From a virus (lineage: Duplodnaviria > Caudoviricetes), in IMG/VR virus record IMGVR_UViG_3300037097_000033, positions 1-56,150 of that record: 56,150 bases of DNA. The stretch is one strand, 5' to 3'. Positions 47,440 through 55,629 of the stretch are shown piece by piece; positions within the stretch are counted from its first letter, which is position 1; every line of letters starts with the position of its first letter. The position numbers were made by a program, and so were the translations under genes. Below the pieces are notes generated by a model. The model saw nothing but the letters and a program-made list of their open reading frames with translations, had not been told where the DNA came from and searched no databases.

Positions 47440-47643
47440 ATGCCACAACTCGCCGACTTGCCAAAGAAGTCCGGTACCAACACCCGTGCTGACTACGAAG
47501 AGGCTCGCCGCTTGGCCGATGCCAACCCTGGCCAATGGGTGCTGATCGAAAAAGCCAATACAGCCTCTCGTTACGCCTTCAGGTCGCGAGGCTACGAGGT
47601 CCGGACGGTCAACAAGCTCCTTCATATCCGCCGCCCTCAGTGA
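47440..47643 (+). CDS. small hypothetical protein, probably leaderless
   Basis: TATGAT 7 nt upstream of ATG; ADANPGQWVLI. Confidence 0.55.
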   Translation: MPQLADLPKKSGTNTRADYEEARRLADANPGQWVLIEKANTASRYAFRSRGYEVRTVNKLLHIRRPQ

Positions 47644-48160
47644 TTGCTGCTCCCGTTGCCGTTGCCGTTGCCGTTGGTGACGCCTCTTGGGGCACCATGT
47701 GGTCGAACGTGAACAGGGTCAGGGCGAGAAGGGACTCCTCGGTCAAAATGTGATCGGGTTGCCCCCCGTCCTTGTCCTCCTCCTGAAGTCGGTGCTGATC
47801 AAGCGACCTGCGAACCTCAAAGACGGCATCCGCGGCCTGGCGCAGGAACGCCCGGTCTTGCGTGGCGGTAAGCGCTTTGTTGAGTGCAATGAGCAGTTCC
47901 TTGGTGAGCCTGTAGGCATCACCTATCGGGCTTTGAGGGCCACCATAACCCTTTCGCTCTAGCCATTCGTGGCGCGCTTTTTCGCACTCGACAACATCCA
48001 GGGCAGCCATGGCGAGCAAGTACTCACGCTCGGCCAAAATGCTCTCACCTCGGCGCGCTCTGATTTCTTCTGCGAGCGCCTTACGGGTTGCTCCGTATGG
48101 CCCAGGTGATGGCTCACGCCAGGCGGTGCCATTTCCTACGTGCATTTCCTTTACCTCCAC
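47609..48160 (-). CDS. hypothetical protein
   Basis: GGAGG RBS; downstream of terminase. Confidence 0.5.
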   Translation of the reverse strand: MEVKEMHVGNGTAWREPSPGPYGATRKALAEEIRARRGESILAEREYLLAMAALDVVECEKARHEWLERKGYGGPQSPIGDAYRLTKELLIALNKALTATQDRAFLRQAADAVFEVRRSLDQHRLQEEDKDGGQPDHILTEESLLALTLFTFDHMVPQEASPTATATATGAAITEGGGYEGAC

Positions 48161-48172
48161 TCGTGCCAGTGG

Positions 48173-49816
48173 TTATTTAGATCCGTTGCCGTTGCTGTGG
48201 CCGTTGCTGTGGCCGTTGGTGACGAACGGGCTCGCCGCCGTGCCAGCGCCTGGTGTCATCTCCAGCACCTTGTACGCTCTCACTGGCCGGTCCTCGTCGT
48301 CGTAGATGACAGGGCCGCCCACGCCGCGCATCATCTGACATATGTACCTTAAAGCGTCTGCCGCGTGATCGGGGGCGTCGCTATCGACGTCCTCCACCTT
48401 GGCCGTGTCGAATGGCAGCGCCGGCAGCTCACGCACCAGGTTTGGGCAGGTGCCGTCCAGGACATGGAGCATCGGGCACCGGTCGTCGCCATAGCGGCCC
48501 TGCTCACGCAGGTACTCGTGCACGCGGCACAGCGGGCCGTCAGCCAGGGCGGCGTGCACCTTGGTCCAGCCGGCAATGCGGTCGTTGTCGGCCTTCAGAC
48601 AGCCGAGGCCCTCCTGGGCGTACTCCTCCAGGATCGAGGGGCCGTCGGTTGGGTGGTTGGCCGTCGAGGGGTCGATGACGTGGCGCACCGTCGTCTCGCC
48701 GGCGGCCACCTCCACGTCGAGGATGCGCCGGGCCTGATCTCGCACGCCTACGCCGGTCTGGTAAAGCTCCCGGTACAGCCACACGCGGCCGTCGCCGTCA
48801 ACAGCCAGCCATAGCACGGCCCACGGTGCCCGGCGGCCGTAGTCGATGCCACACCAGCGCTCCCAAGAGACGGGCAGCCCTTCGCGGGGCCGGGGCACGA
48901 CGTGGCGGTCGTAGGACCATTCCTCGAAGTACTGGCCGAGGAAGCTGTCCCAACTTCCCTCTTTGAACGCCTTACGCATCGCCGGGGGCAGCGCGTCGAG
49001 GTCTCGTTCGTACTCGGGGTTCAGGTAGGGGTTGTCGGTCAGCCTGGCGGGGATAAACCGCACGGTGCGGCCGCGCTCGTCCTGGTACGTCTTGGCGCCG
49101 TGGTCGGTCGCCTCGATATAGCGGGCCTTCATGGCCCCATGGCCCAGGCCGCCGGGGTTGCCGGTGCTGCGGATGCCTAGCACTGGGATCTTGGGGTCGC
49201 CGCTGCGAAGACGGGAGGACAGGAAGTCCACGATGCCCGGCATCATGAGCGTGCGCTCGTCAATCAGGAGCAGCTGGTACTGACCACCCAGGTACCGGAT
49301 CGCCTCGTCAAGGCTCTTGGCATAGCGGCACATGAGGATCGACCCGTTCGGGAAGATCAGGTCATGCGTCGTTTTGGTCCACGTCGCGCCAAGTGCCAGG
49401 GCGTAGTTGAGCCGGGCCAGTTCTGCGATGATGGACTGTTCAAGCTCAGGGTAGCTGCGCCGGAAGGCTCCGACCCTTAGGCCGGGATAGGTGGCAGCAG
49501 CGCGCACGCCTTCTGCCACTAAAGCAGCGGATTTTGCTCCACCTGCCGCTCCGCCATAAAACAGGTCGAACTCGGTGGCGGCGTGGAACCGCTCCTGCGG
49601 GCACTGACCGCACATCGGAGGCAGGTCGAACTCCGGGACGTCGCCCTCTTCGATGCCTCGTTCTCGGGCGAGCGCCTTACGCTTGAGCACCCGGGGCTTG
49701 CAGATGGGCTCATAGCCCATCCGGGCGAAGACGTCGGGAGGATGGCCCTCCGCTTCGAGCAGGTCAGCCAGCAGTAACAGCGGGTTGGGCGCTGCGAAGG
49801 TCAGCAATGAGGACAC
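48173..49816 (-). CDS. terminase large subunit
   Basis: YGGAAGGAKS, LLLIDE, STGNPGG, DNPYL, GIDYG, DHAADALRY. Confidence 0.95.
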   Translation of the reverse strand: MSSLLTFAAPNPLLLLADLLEAEGHPPDVFARMGYEPICKPRVLKRKALARERGIEEGDVPEFDLPPMCGQCPQERFHAATEFDLFYGGAAGGAKSAALVAEGVRAAATYPGLRVGAFRRSYPELEQSIIAELARLNYALALGATWTKTTHDLIFPNGSILMCRYAKSLDEAIRYLGGQYQLLLIDERTLMMPGIVDFLSSRLRSGDPKIPVLGIRSTGNPGGLGHGAMKARYIEATDHGAKTYQDERGRTVRFIPARLTDNPYLNPEYERDLDALPPAMRKAFKEGSWDSFLGQYFEEWSYDRHVVPRPREGLPVSWERWCGIDYGRRAPWAVLWLAVDGDGRVWLYRELYQTGVGVRDQARRILDVEVAAGETTVRHVIDPSTANHPTDGPSILEEYAQEGLGCLKADNDRIAGWTKVHAALADGPLCRVHEYLREQGRYGDDRCPMLHVLDGTCPNLVRELPALPFDTAKVEDVDSDAPDHAADALRYICQMMRGVGGPVIYDDEDRPVRAYKVLEMTPGAGTAASPFVTNGHSNGHSNGNGSK

Positions 49817-50426
49817 GCCTGAACGCCTCCGCTTGCTCTGGGCTCAGCGCCGCCGCCGTCATGGCCCGGCCTACCGAGGCGAGCAGGTCCCGGCCTTGCG
49901 CCTCAGCCAGAGCTACGCGGCGCTCGTCTACCTTGGCCGCCAGGGCCGTCTTGATGGTTTCGCGCAACTCCTTGCGCTCGTCGTCGTACATCTGCACCAG
50001 GATGTGGCGCTTGGCCTCGCCGGTCGGGATGCCGCTCTGATGGTAGGTGAGCCCGTAGATGCCTGGCTCGCCGCGGGTCCAAAACGGAGACTCGACGCTT
50101 GGCGGCGTGTCCGGTGTTGGGTGCGTCGGGAGCGCCTGAACCAACTGGCGGTAGTACTCGACGTTGCCGGCGGCTTCCCACACCAACTCAAGGATGCCGG
50201 TCGACGGGTCGACCTCACGGGGCACGCCGAGGCGCACCGCCATCTGCTTGATCTGCTCGACCTGGGCGTGCTCGTTATGGGTCGGAGTGCAGCCACCGTG
50301 CCACTTGCAGCGGCCAACGCCTACGTGGTCGGTCCCATACCCGGCTACGAGGTGACAGGTAAGGCCCTTGGACTGGTTTGTCCGCTGGGCCTCGCACAAC
50401 GCCTTGCCCGGGCCTGGGTTGGGCAC
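49764..50426 (-). CDS. terminase small subunit
   Basis: C..AGYGTDHVGVGRCKWHGG motif directly upstream of large subunit. Confidence 0.75.
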   Translation of the reverse strand: MPNPGPGKALCEAQRTNQSKGLTCHLVAGYGTDHVGVGRCKWHGGCTPTHNEHAQVEQIKQMAVRLGVPREVDPSTGILELVWEAAGNVEYYRQLVQALPTHPTPDTPPSVESPFWTRGEPGIYGLTYHQSGIPTGEAKRHILVQMYDDERKELRETIKTALAAKVDERRVALAEAQGRDLLASVGRAMTAAALSPEQAEAFRRVLIADLRSAQPAVTAG

Positions 50427-50450
50427 GTCTTGCCTACTTCAGTTCCAGGC

Positions 50451-50657
50451 TCACTTGTCGGGCCCTGGCTCGCTGTCCTCGTCCTTGACCTGCCCGTCAC
50501 CAGGGCAGTCATGGGGGAAGTAGGTGTGCGTCTGGCAGCGGGCGCACCAGCCCCAGACGGGCTCGTCGTCGCCTCGGTAGAAGGTTGTCAGCGGTACTGA
50601 GGGCACGCCACCACGGCCGCCGGCGGTCGCCAGCTTAGGCTCAAGCGTGGCGTTCAC
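50451..50657 (-). CDS. hypothetical zinc-ribbon protein
   Basis: CARC..H..C; coupled. Confidence 0.45.
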   Translation of the reverse strand: MNATLEPKLATAGGRGGVPSVPLTTFYRGDDEPVWGWCARCQTHTYFPHDCPGDGQVKDEDSEPGPDK

Positions 50658-50986
50658 GGGGCCACGCCGAAGATGCGCTGAATAGTAAAACCGCCCAAGA
50701 GTGCCTTGCGGGCCTCGGCGTGCCGCTCACCTTCGAGTGCCACCCGGTCAGCCTTCATCTGCACCGATACCCGGGCGCTCCACTCGGCAACGTCGCGACC
50801 GAAGACGACGCCCTCGGGATCGTCTCGACAGTCCCAGACGCCCGAGATGTACGCAGGTGCGTTACCCTCAGCCTCCATGATCTCAAGCGCTAGGCCGAGC
50901 GGATGAAAGAACAGGCGATTGGCCTCTTGCAAGAAGCCGAGCCGTCGAAACTCGGCGATGTCCATGTGCTTGACTGGGCCGCTCAT
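50654..50986 (-). CDS. phage hypothetical protein
   Basis: EFRRLGFLQEANRLFFHPLGLALE...WDCRDDPEG. Confidence 0.7.
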   Translation of the reverse strand: MSGPVKHMDIAEFRRLGFLQEANRLFFHPLGLALEIMEAEGNAPAYISGVWDCRDDPEGVVFGRDVAEWSARVSVQMKADRVALEGERHAEARKALLGGFTIQRIFGVAP

Positions 50987-51159
50987 CCGTCACCTCGCAG
51001 GACGCGCCGAGCCCGCACGCGCTTCTCGATCGCCTTGCGCTCTTCGGGTGTCCGGCTGGCCAGCACCCGGTCGACGTTCAGCACCGCACCGAGCACGCCG
51101 ATAGCGGCACCGCAGATCAGGGCGCAGGCGACCAGGGCGAAAACCCAACCGACGGTCAC
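50983..51159 (-). CDS. small membrane protein (absent from ORF track)
   Basis: VGWVFALVACALICGAAIGVLGAV; coupled at both ends. Confidence 0.5.
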   Translation of the reverse strand: MTVGWVFALVACALICGAAIGVLGAVLNVDRVLASRTPEERKAIEKRVRARRVLRGDG

Positions 51160-51413
51160 CGCTCCGCCTTCAGCCGCTCGATCTCTTCGGCTTGGCTGAG
51201 CACCTTGCGACGCGCCAGCGCGTACATCGTCAGCAATTCGGTGTACTCGGCTCGGCTGGCACAGGAGAAGGGGTGATGGCAGGAGTTGGGACTAGGACCG
51301 ATCCATCCCGAGCCGGTCGGCATGTCATCGAAGTCGGTCGGTGGGCCGGGCGAGCATGGCTCCGGGGGAGGGATGCCCGGCACCGTGTAGAGGCCGTGGG
51401 TAGGTTCCGCCAT
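51156..51413 (-). CDS. hypothetical protein
   Basis: ATG 51413; coupled downstream. Confidence 0.45.
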   Translation of the reverse strand: MAEPTHGLYTVPGIPPPEPCSPGPPTDFDDMPTGSGWIGPSPNSCHHPFSCASRAEYTELLTMYALARRKVLSQAEEIERLKAER

Positions 51414-51567
51414 CGGCCGAGCGGCAAAGAGCCGGTGCCAGATGCGCATCATCGATGGGGACCCGCAAGGCTGTCGAACGCTGGAGCCCCTACGCAGGAC
51501 CGTCCCGTACCCCGGAAGCACGGGCCATTGCGCCGTTCCCTTTCGCCATTGGCTAGCGGGTCTACCG

Positions 51568-51639
51568 TGGCGGGGGCTGGAATCGGACCAGCTGTCTCCG
51601 ACTTATGAGGCCGGCGTGCTACCGGTGCACCACCCCGAC
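51568..51639 (-). tRNA. tRNA with CAT anticodon (Met or Ile2), non-canonical
   Basis: D-stem GTGC/GCAC, anticodon arm CCGGC-CTCATAA-GTCGG, T-arm GCTGG-TCCGATT-CCAGC, acceptor stem with one mismatch. Confidence 0.75.
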
Positions 51640-51675
51640 GAGAAGGAGAGCCGCTTACACGACTCTCCGATAAGG

Positions 51676-51686
51676 ATCGTACCACA
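51676..51686 (-). promoter_or_regulatory. extended -10 promoter (candidate late promoter)
   Basis: TGTGGTACGAT upstream of the tRNA and packaging genes. Confidence 0.5.
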
Positions 51687-51754
51687 CGCGTGTAGTTCAA
51701 CAGCGTTCGCCCTGCAAGTAAGCCTTGACGCCACCCTGGGCGTTCGCCGCACCA

Positions 51755-52051
51755 CTAAACACGAGGCGGCACAGCCCAATGGCCCTGGCCCTCACCTTCG
51801 TCGACGCTCGTCGCCCAGTACAGATCGTTGCCGTCGAGGAGGACTTGGCCGTTTACAGCCGTCCCTTCCGTCGGCGGATGACTCCATACCTTCGTAATAA
51901 CGAGTGGGTAGACCTCGCCAGCCGAGACGGCGTTGCTGTTGGCTTGGTGCTCGGGCATGTGGGCACGGGCGTGGGACCGACGTCGGTTGATGGCCTCGGC
52001 GTCTTGCTCGTTGAGGGTGTAGTGAACTATGCGGCCAACGGACGGGATCAT
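51755..52051 (-). CDS. actinophage-type hypothetical protein
   Basis: PSVGRIVHYTL...VNGQVLLDGNDLYWATSV. Confidence 0.75.
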   Translation of the reverse strand: MIPSVGRIVHYTLNEQDAEAINRRRSHARAHMPEHQANSNAVSAGEVYPLVITKVWSHPPTEGTAVNGQVLLDGNDLYWATSVDEGEGQGHWAVPPRV

Positions 52052-52809
52052 TTGACTTCCACCTTTCCTTGTCGGTACTGCTCATCGAAGCGCCGCCGAT
52101 CAGCCACCGGGTCGCCGCTCGGCTTGTTCTCCAGCTGCCACACGCCCCAGGCAAGCTGACAGTCCGGGCACCAGCCGTTCTTGAGTTGATCGCCCACCGC
52201 CCCTGACGCCCAGGCAGCGCAGCGGCGGCAGTTACCACCCAAGGCGGACTCCCGGCCCTTGACGGCGTCCCTGGCGTGCATCACCATCTGGCGCTTGCGG
52301 TCGACGATGGCGGCTAGCCGGCGCATGTCGGTCAGGGCGGCCACGATGTCTCGCACTCCCTCGCCGATGGGGTCGGCCCAGCGTCGGCCCGTGCCGTTGC
52401 AGCGCTGACAGGGCCGGGGCACCTCACCGGTGTGTGCGATCACCGTCCCCGCTCCGTTGCAGTCATCGCAGACGTCGTGCATCCGGTCCAGGGCTGCCTG
52501 CTCGACGCTCGTGTCGTCGACGAAACCGTGCTCGTGGTGGCTGGGCATCGGGTCGTAGAGGTGGGTGCGCAGTGCTCCGTTGCTGGTCGGCTGGTTGAGC
52601 AGGGCTCCTGTGACGCTTGAGCCTGAGCCGTAGCCGTCCGGGCGGGCACTGAAGGCGGCGCGAGCTAGTAGGTCGCCCATCACCGTGGCCCCGGTGTGCG
52701 ACGGGCCGGGCTTGGCCAAGGCCTCCAGCGTGTCAAGCAGGTCGGCGACCATGCGGTCCGCGTCCTTGGCGCTCGGGCGCTTACGGGGCAAGCGTGCCGA
52801 CCTTGGCAA
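52048..52809 (-). CDS. DnaJ-type zinc-finger protein
   Basis: CDDCNGAG and CQRCNGTG repeats plus further CxxC pairs. Confidence 0.65.
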   Translation of the reverse strand: MPRSARLPRKRPSAKDADRMVADLLDTLEALAKPGPSHTGATVMGDLLARAAFSARPDGYGSGSSVTGALLNQPTSNGALRTHLYDPMPSHHEHGFVDDTSVEQAALDRMHDVCDDCNGAGTVIAHTGEVPRPCQRCNGTGRRWADPIGEGVRDIVAALTDMRRLAAIVDRKRQMVMHARDAVKGRESALGGNCRRCAAWASGAVGDQLKNGWCPDCQLAWGVWQLENKPSGDPVADRRRFDEQYRQGKVEVK

Positions 52810-53971
52810 GCATGGCTTCTATGCGGTCCAACAGGTCCGTGTTCGGCCCGTCCCGCTCGGCCCAGCTCAGCAGTAGGTCGAGGTAGCGGCGCTCGGGTGA
52901 GCGCATGTCGACGTCGGCGTCGGGCGCTTTGGGTCTCGGGTGTGCCTCGCACCACTCGCCTATCGATAAGACGTCGCTGGGATCTGACGGAGGGACGACT
53001 GCGGGCACCGGGTCTCCGATCGGCTTGATCTGGCGATAGGTGGGCACGCCCAGCATCTCGTCTGGGTCACGGTGATGGGCGTTGCGGATGTGGTTGCGCA
53101 ACCCCTTCAGGACCAACTGCGGCACCTGGCAGATCGGGCACGGCTCCATGCCGGCGGTCATCTTGCGCTTGCGCTCTGGCACCGGCACGCGACCGACATG
53201 GCCCGTCTTGGCATAGCCCAACTCGCCAGGGACGATAGGTACGGGCGCAGAGGGCGCCCGTTTGTGATGCGACTTGCGGGCCGGCGATCGCTCGACGCCG
53301 CACCAGCGCATGTGCCCGCCGCGCTGACTGGCCGTGGCGAAGGGCGCCGAACAGGTCGGGCAGGGGAGGGACTCGGGCTCATCGACCAGCACGGCGGGCA
53401 CGAACTCTTCCTCGGCCGCTCGCTTGCCCACCTCGTAGGGGTCGACCATCCTCACGGTGGAGGAGACCGGCTCTGCCCATCCACTTGGCGTGAGATCGTC
53501 CGGCGTGGGATCGTCCAACTCGTTGACCTGCACCACGAGGTCACCATCCACGGGAACGATCGGGCGCATTACGCCGTCAGGGTCGACGGCCCACGCTGGC
53601 GCCCGCACGCTCTGATCAGCGGCCCACGGATCGTCAGGGACTGGGACCAGCGGAGGTTGTTCTCCTAGCACGAGGCTAAGGACTGGCTGGGGAGATGGTT
53701 CTCCACCTACGGGCGCCGCCTGTGTCGGCGCATCGGTGTCCGGTTCCTCGCGGTGCACCGCATCTCCCCAGATCTCGGCGGGCGTCACGCCGAAGCAGGC
53801 AGCCCACTCGGCGGCCACGCTCTCACTCACAGTGTCTTGCGGGCCGGGCAGGCTGGGCAGGGACCGGCAGCCTCGGCCCCGGGCGCTGACTGCGCCATAA
53901 CCGCGCTCGTCAAGCCAGGACAGAAATCGGGCGACGGAGTAGGTCGGTGTACCAGCGGCAGTGACGGCCAC
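52781..53971 (-). CDS. C2H2 zinc-finger protein
   Basis: CPTC...HMRWC and CPIC...HIRNAH. Confidence 0.6.
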   Translation of the reverse strand: MAVTAAGTPTYSVARFLSWLDERGYGAVSARGRGCRSLPSLPGPQDTVSESVAAEWAACFGVTPAEIWGDAVHREEPDTDAPTQAAPVGGEPSPQPVLSLVLGEQPPLVPVPDDPWAADQSVRAPAWAVDPDGVMRPIVPVDGDLVVQVNELDDPTPDDLTPSGWAEPVSSTVRMVDPYEVGKRAAEEEFVPAVLVDEPESLPCPTCSAPFATASQRGGHMRWCGVERSPARKSHHKRAPSAPVPIVPGELGYAKTGHVGRVPVPERKRKMTAGMEPCPICQVPQLVLKGLRNHIRNAHHRDPDEMLGVPTYRQIKPIGDPVPAVVPPSDPSDVLSIGEWCEAHPRPKAPDADVDMRSPERRYLDLLLSWAERDGPNTDLLDRIEAMLAKVGTLAP

Positions 53972-53974
53972 GGA

Positions 53975-54520
53975 TCAGTGCCGGTCCTGGTTGTTTGGAC
54001 CGAGGGGTATATCGCGGCGCGGGTACTTGACCATCTCGCCCAGCACCAGGTCTGCTATGGGCCGCAGGAGAGGCGGCAAGTCGTACAGATCGATCCGATA
54101 GACGCAGGACCGCTCGTCTGACTGTGGCGCCTCGGCGCACTGGTTGACCTGGGCGGCGAACGCCGAGGCCTCAGCTTCGTTTGCCAGGGCCGCCCTAGCC
54201 TCGGCCGCAAAGGCCCCGTCGGCCCAATAGTCGACACGGCGAGCAGCTTGGAGCATTTCTCGGAAGTCGCCCTGAGGGTTCTGGCCCACCTGGAGTTCGA
54301 CCAGGTGGCGCAGGTCATCGGCGAAAGCGGCCAGGTCCCGGCCGCAAGGGTTGGCGGGTAACGACACGCGTGTAATCCTAGTGAGTAGCGGTGACGTGAC
54401 ACGATCATCGACGTGTGCCTTCTCGGCCGCCTTCTTCCGGGACAGGCCGAGATGGATGTAACCGGCCTCCAACTGCTCACCGACCCACTTCACATCGTCC
54501 GGCGACGGGCTACCAGGCAT
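53975..54520 (-). CDS. putative immunity repressor (XRE-like HTH)
   Basis: VGEQLEAGYIHLGLSRKKAAEKAHV; divergent from Cro-like gene. Confidence 0.55.
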   Translation of the reverse strand: MPGSPSPDDVKWVGEQLEAGYIHLGLSRKKAAEKAHVDDRVTSPLLTRITRVSLPANPCGRDLAAFADDLRHLVELQVGQNPQGDFREMLQAARRVDYWADGAFAAEARAALANEAEASAFAAQVNQCAEAPQSDERSCVYRIDLYDLPPLLRPIADLVLGEMVKYPRRDIPLGPNNQDRH

Positions 54521-54618
54521 GTACCAAGTATGTCCCGCTTTTTGTGTACCGGTGCAATCGGCTGATAGGGGGTCACCGACCCAGTTACACAAGTGAGGTT
54601 CTTCGCAAGTCCAGGTCA

Positions 54619-54687
54619 GTACCCTTTTTGATAAAGGTACAGTCCCGGTCTTGACACGGCGGCGAGCGGTACAGTACCGTTATAAGC
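54619..54687 (+). promoter_or_regulatory. early promoter and operators of the genetic switch
   Basis: TTGACA 54651, TACCGT 54675, GTG 7 nt later; inverted repeats GTACC.TTT..AAAGGTAC and GGTACAGTACC. Confidence 0.6.
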
Positions 54688-54909
54688 GTGACAACGAACG
54701 CTCTGGACGGTGCATTCCTCCGGTGGTGCCGGGAGCAGAAGCAGATCCCACAGAAGGATTTCGCCAAGTCCCTGGGCATCTCCCCTGAATACCTGAGGAA
54801 GCTCGAAAACGGTACGAGGAGCGCCAAGCGCCGTCCTGACCTGTCCAAGAAGGCTGGCGAACTGCTCGGCGTCCCAGCCAAGAAGCTCCGCAGGGAGCTG
54901 ACGTCGTGA
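54688..54909 (+). CDS. Cro-like XRE HTH protein
   Basis: LRWCREQKQIPQKDFAKSLGISPEYLRKLENG. Confidence 0.85.
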   Translation: MTTNALDGAFLRWCREQKQIPQKDFAKSLGISPEYLRKLENGTRSAKRRPDLSKKAGELLGVPAKKLRRELTS

Positions 54910-55220
54910 CTCTTCCCGCCGCCGTAGCTGCTGAGGTCCGCTTCATCGAATCCGGAAGGCGCGCTTTCCTCGACACCGCCGCCCACTGCTTCACCGTCCG
55001 CTCCGAGTCCGGCGAGCGCACCTACCAGGTCACCATCGCCAGCCAGGGCGCCGAGCTCCGCGGTAGCTGCACCTGCCCGGCCGGTCGCCATGCCCGCCAC
55101 GGGACGCAAGTCCCTTGCCGCCACTCGGCTGGCGTCCTCCGGCGTCTTGAGCGGGAACGGCTGGCCACGTTCGATGGCCGCAGGTGGGTCATTGCCTCCA
55201 AGCTCGCCGAGGCGGTCTGA
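54906..55220 (+). CDS. SWIM zinc-finger protein
   Basis: YQV...CTCPAG...CRH. Confidence 0.8.
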   Translation: MTLPAAVAAEVRFIESGRRAFLDTAAHCFTVRSESGERTYQVTIASQGAELRGSCTCPAGRHARHGTQVPCRHSAGVLRRLERERLATFDGRRWVIASKLAEAV

Positions 55221-55426
55221 TGCCCGACGCCCAAGCCTGGAACCTGACCGAGGCGGCCGCCGTGCTCCGCACCTCGCGCTGGACGCTGTACAAGCGTCGC
55301 CGAGGCAACGAGCTCGTGTTCCCCGACGGCCGGCGCATCCGGCTCTTTACCCTCGGTGGCCGCTATCTCGTGTCCAAGGTCGTGCTCAACCGGTTCCTTG
55401 AGCAGACGGGCGAGGAGACGGCATGA
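55220..55426 (+). CDS. excisionase-like HTH protein
   Basis: NLTEAAAVLRTSRWTLY...GGRYLVSKVVLNRFL. Confidence 0.7.
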   Translation: MPDAQAWNLTEAAAVLRTSRWTLYKRRRGNELVFPDGRRIRLFTLGGRYLVSKVVLNRFLEQTGEETA

Positions 55427-55629
55427 CCCGGGTGCGCTACTACCTCGGCACCGTCAGCCGCCACGCCCAGCCGGGCACGCCCATCGAGGGCGACGGCACC
55501 TACGAGGGCGCCGGGGAAATGTGGGCCGGTCTGCCGGCCGACAGCGTACGCCTGGACGACGGCACGGTCGTCAACGTCTATCCCGAGTACGGCGACGAAC
55601 TGCGCTGCATCGAGGAGAACAAGCCATGA
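55423..55629 (+). CDS. hypothetical protein
   Basis: GAGGAG RBS, ATGA coupling. Confidence 0.55.
   Translation: MTRVRYYLGTVSRHAQPGTPIEGDGTYEGAGEMWAGLPADSVRLDDGTVVNVYPEYGDELRCIEENKP

Noticed and set aside
47652-48222. Shared CCGTTG repeats ending GGTGACG at 47652 and 48184
   Set aside because: Short low-complexity Asn-Gly or Thr-Ala coding runs; insufficient evidence for a duplication or functional site.
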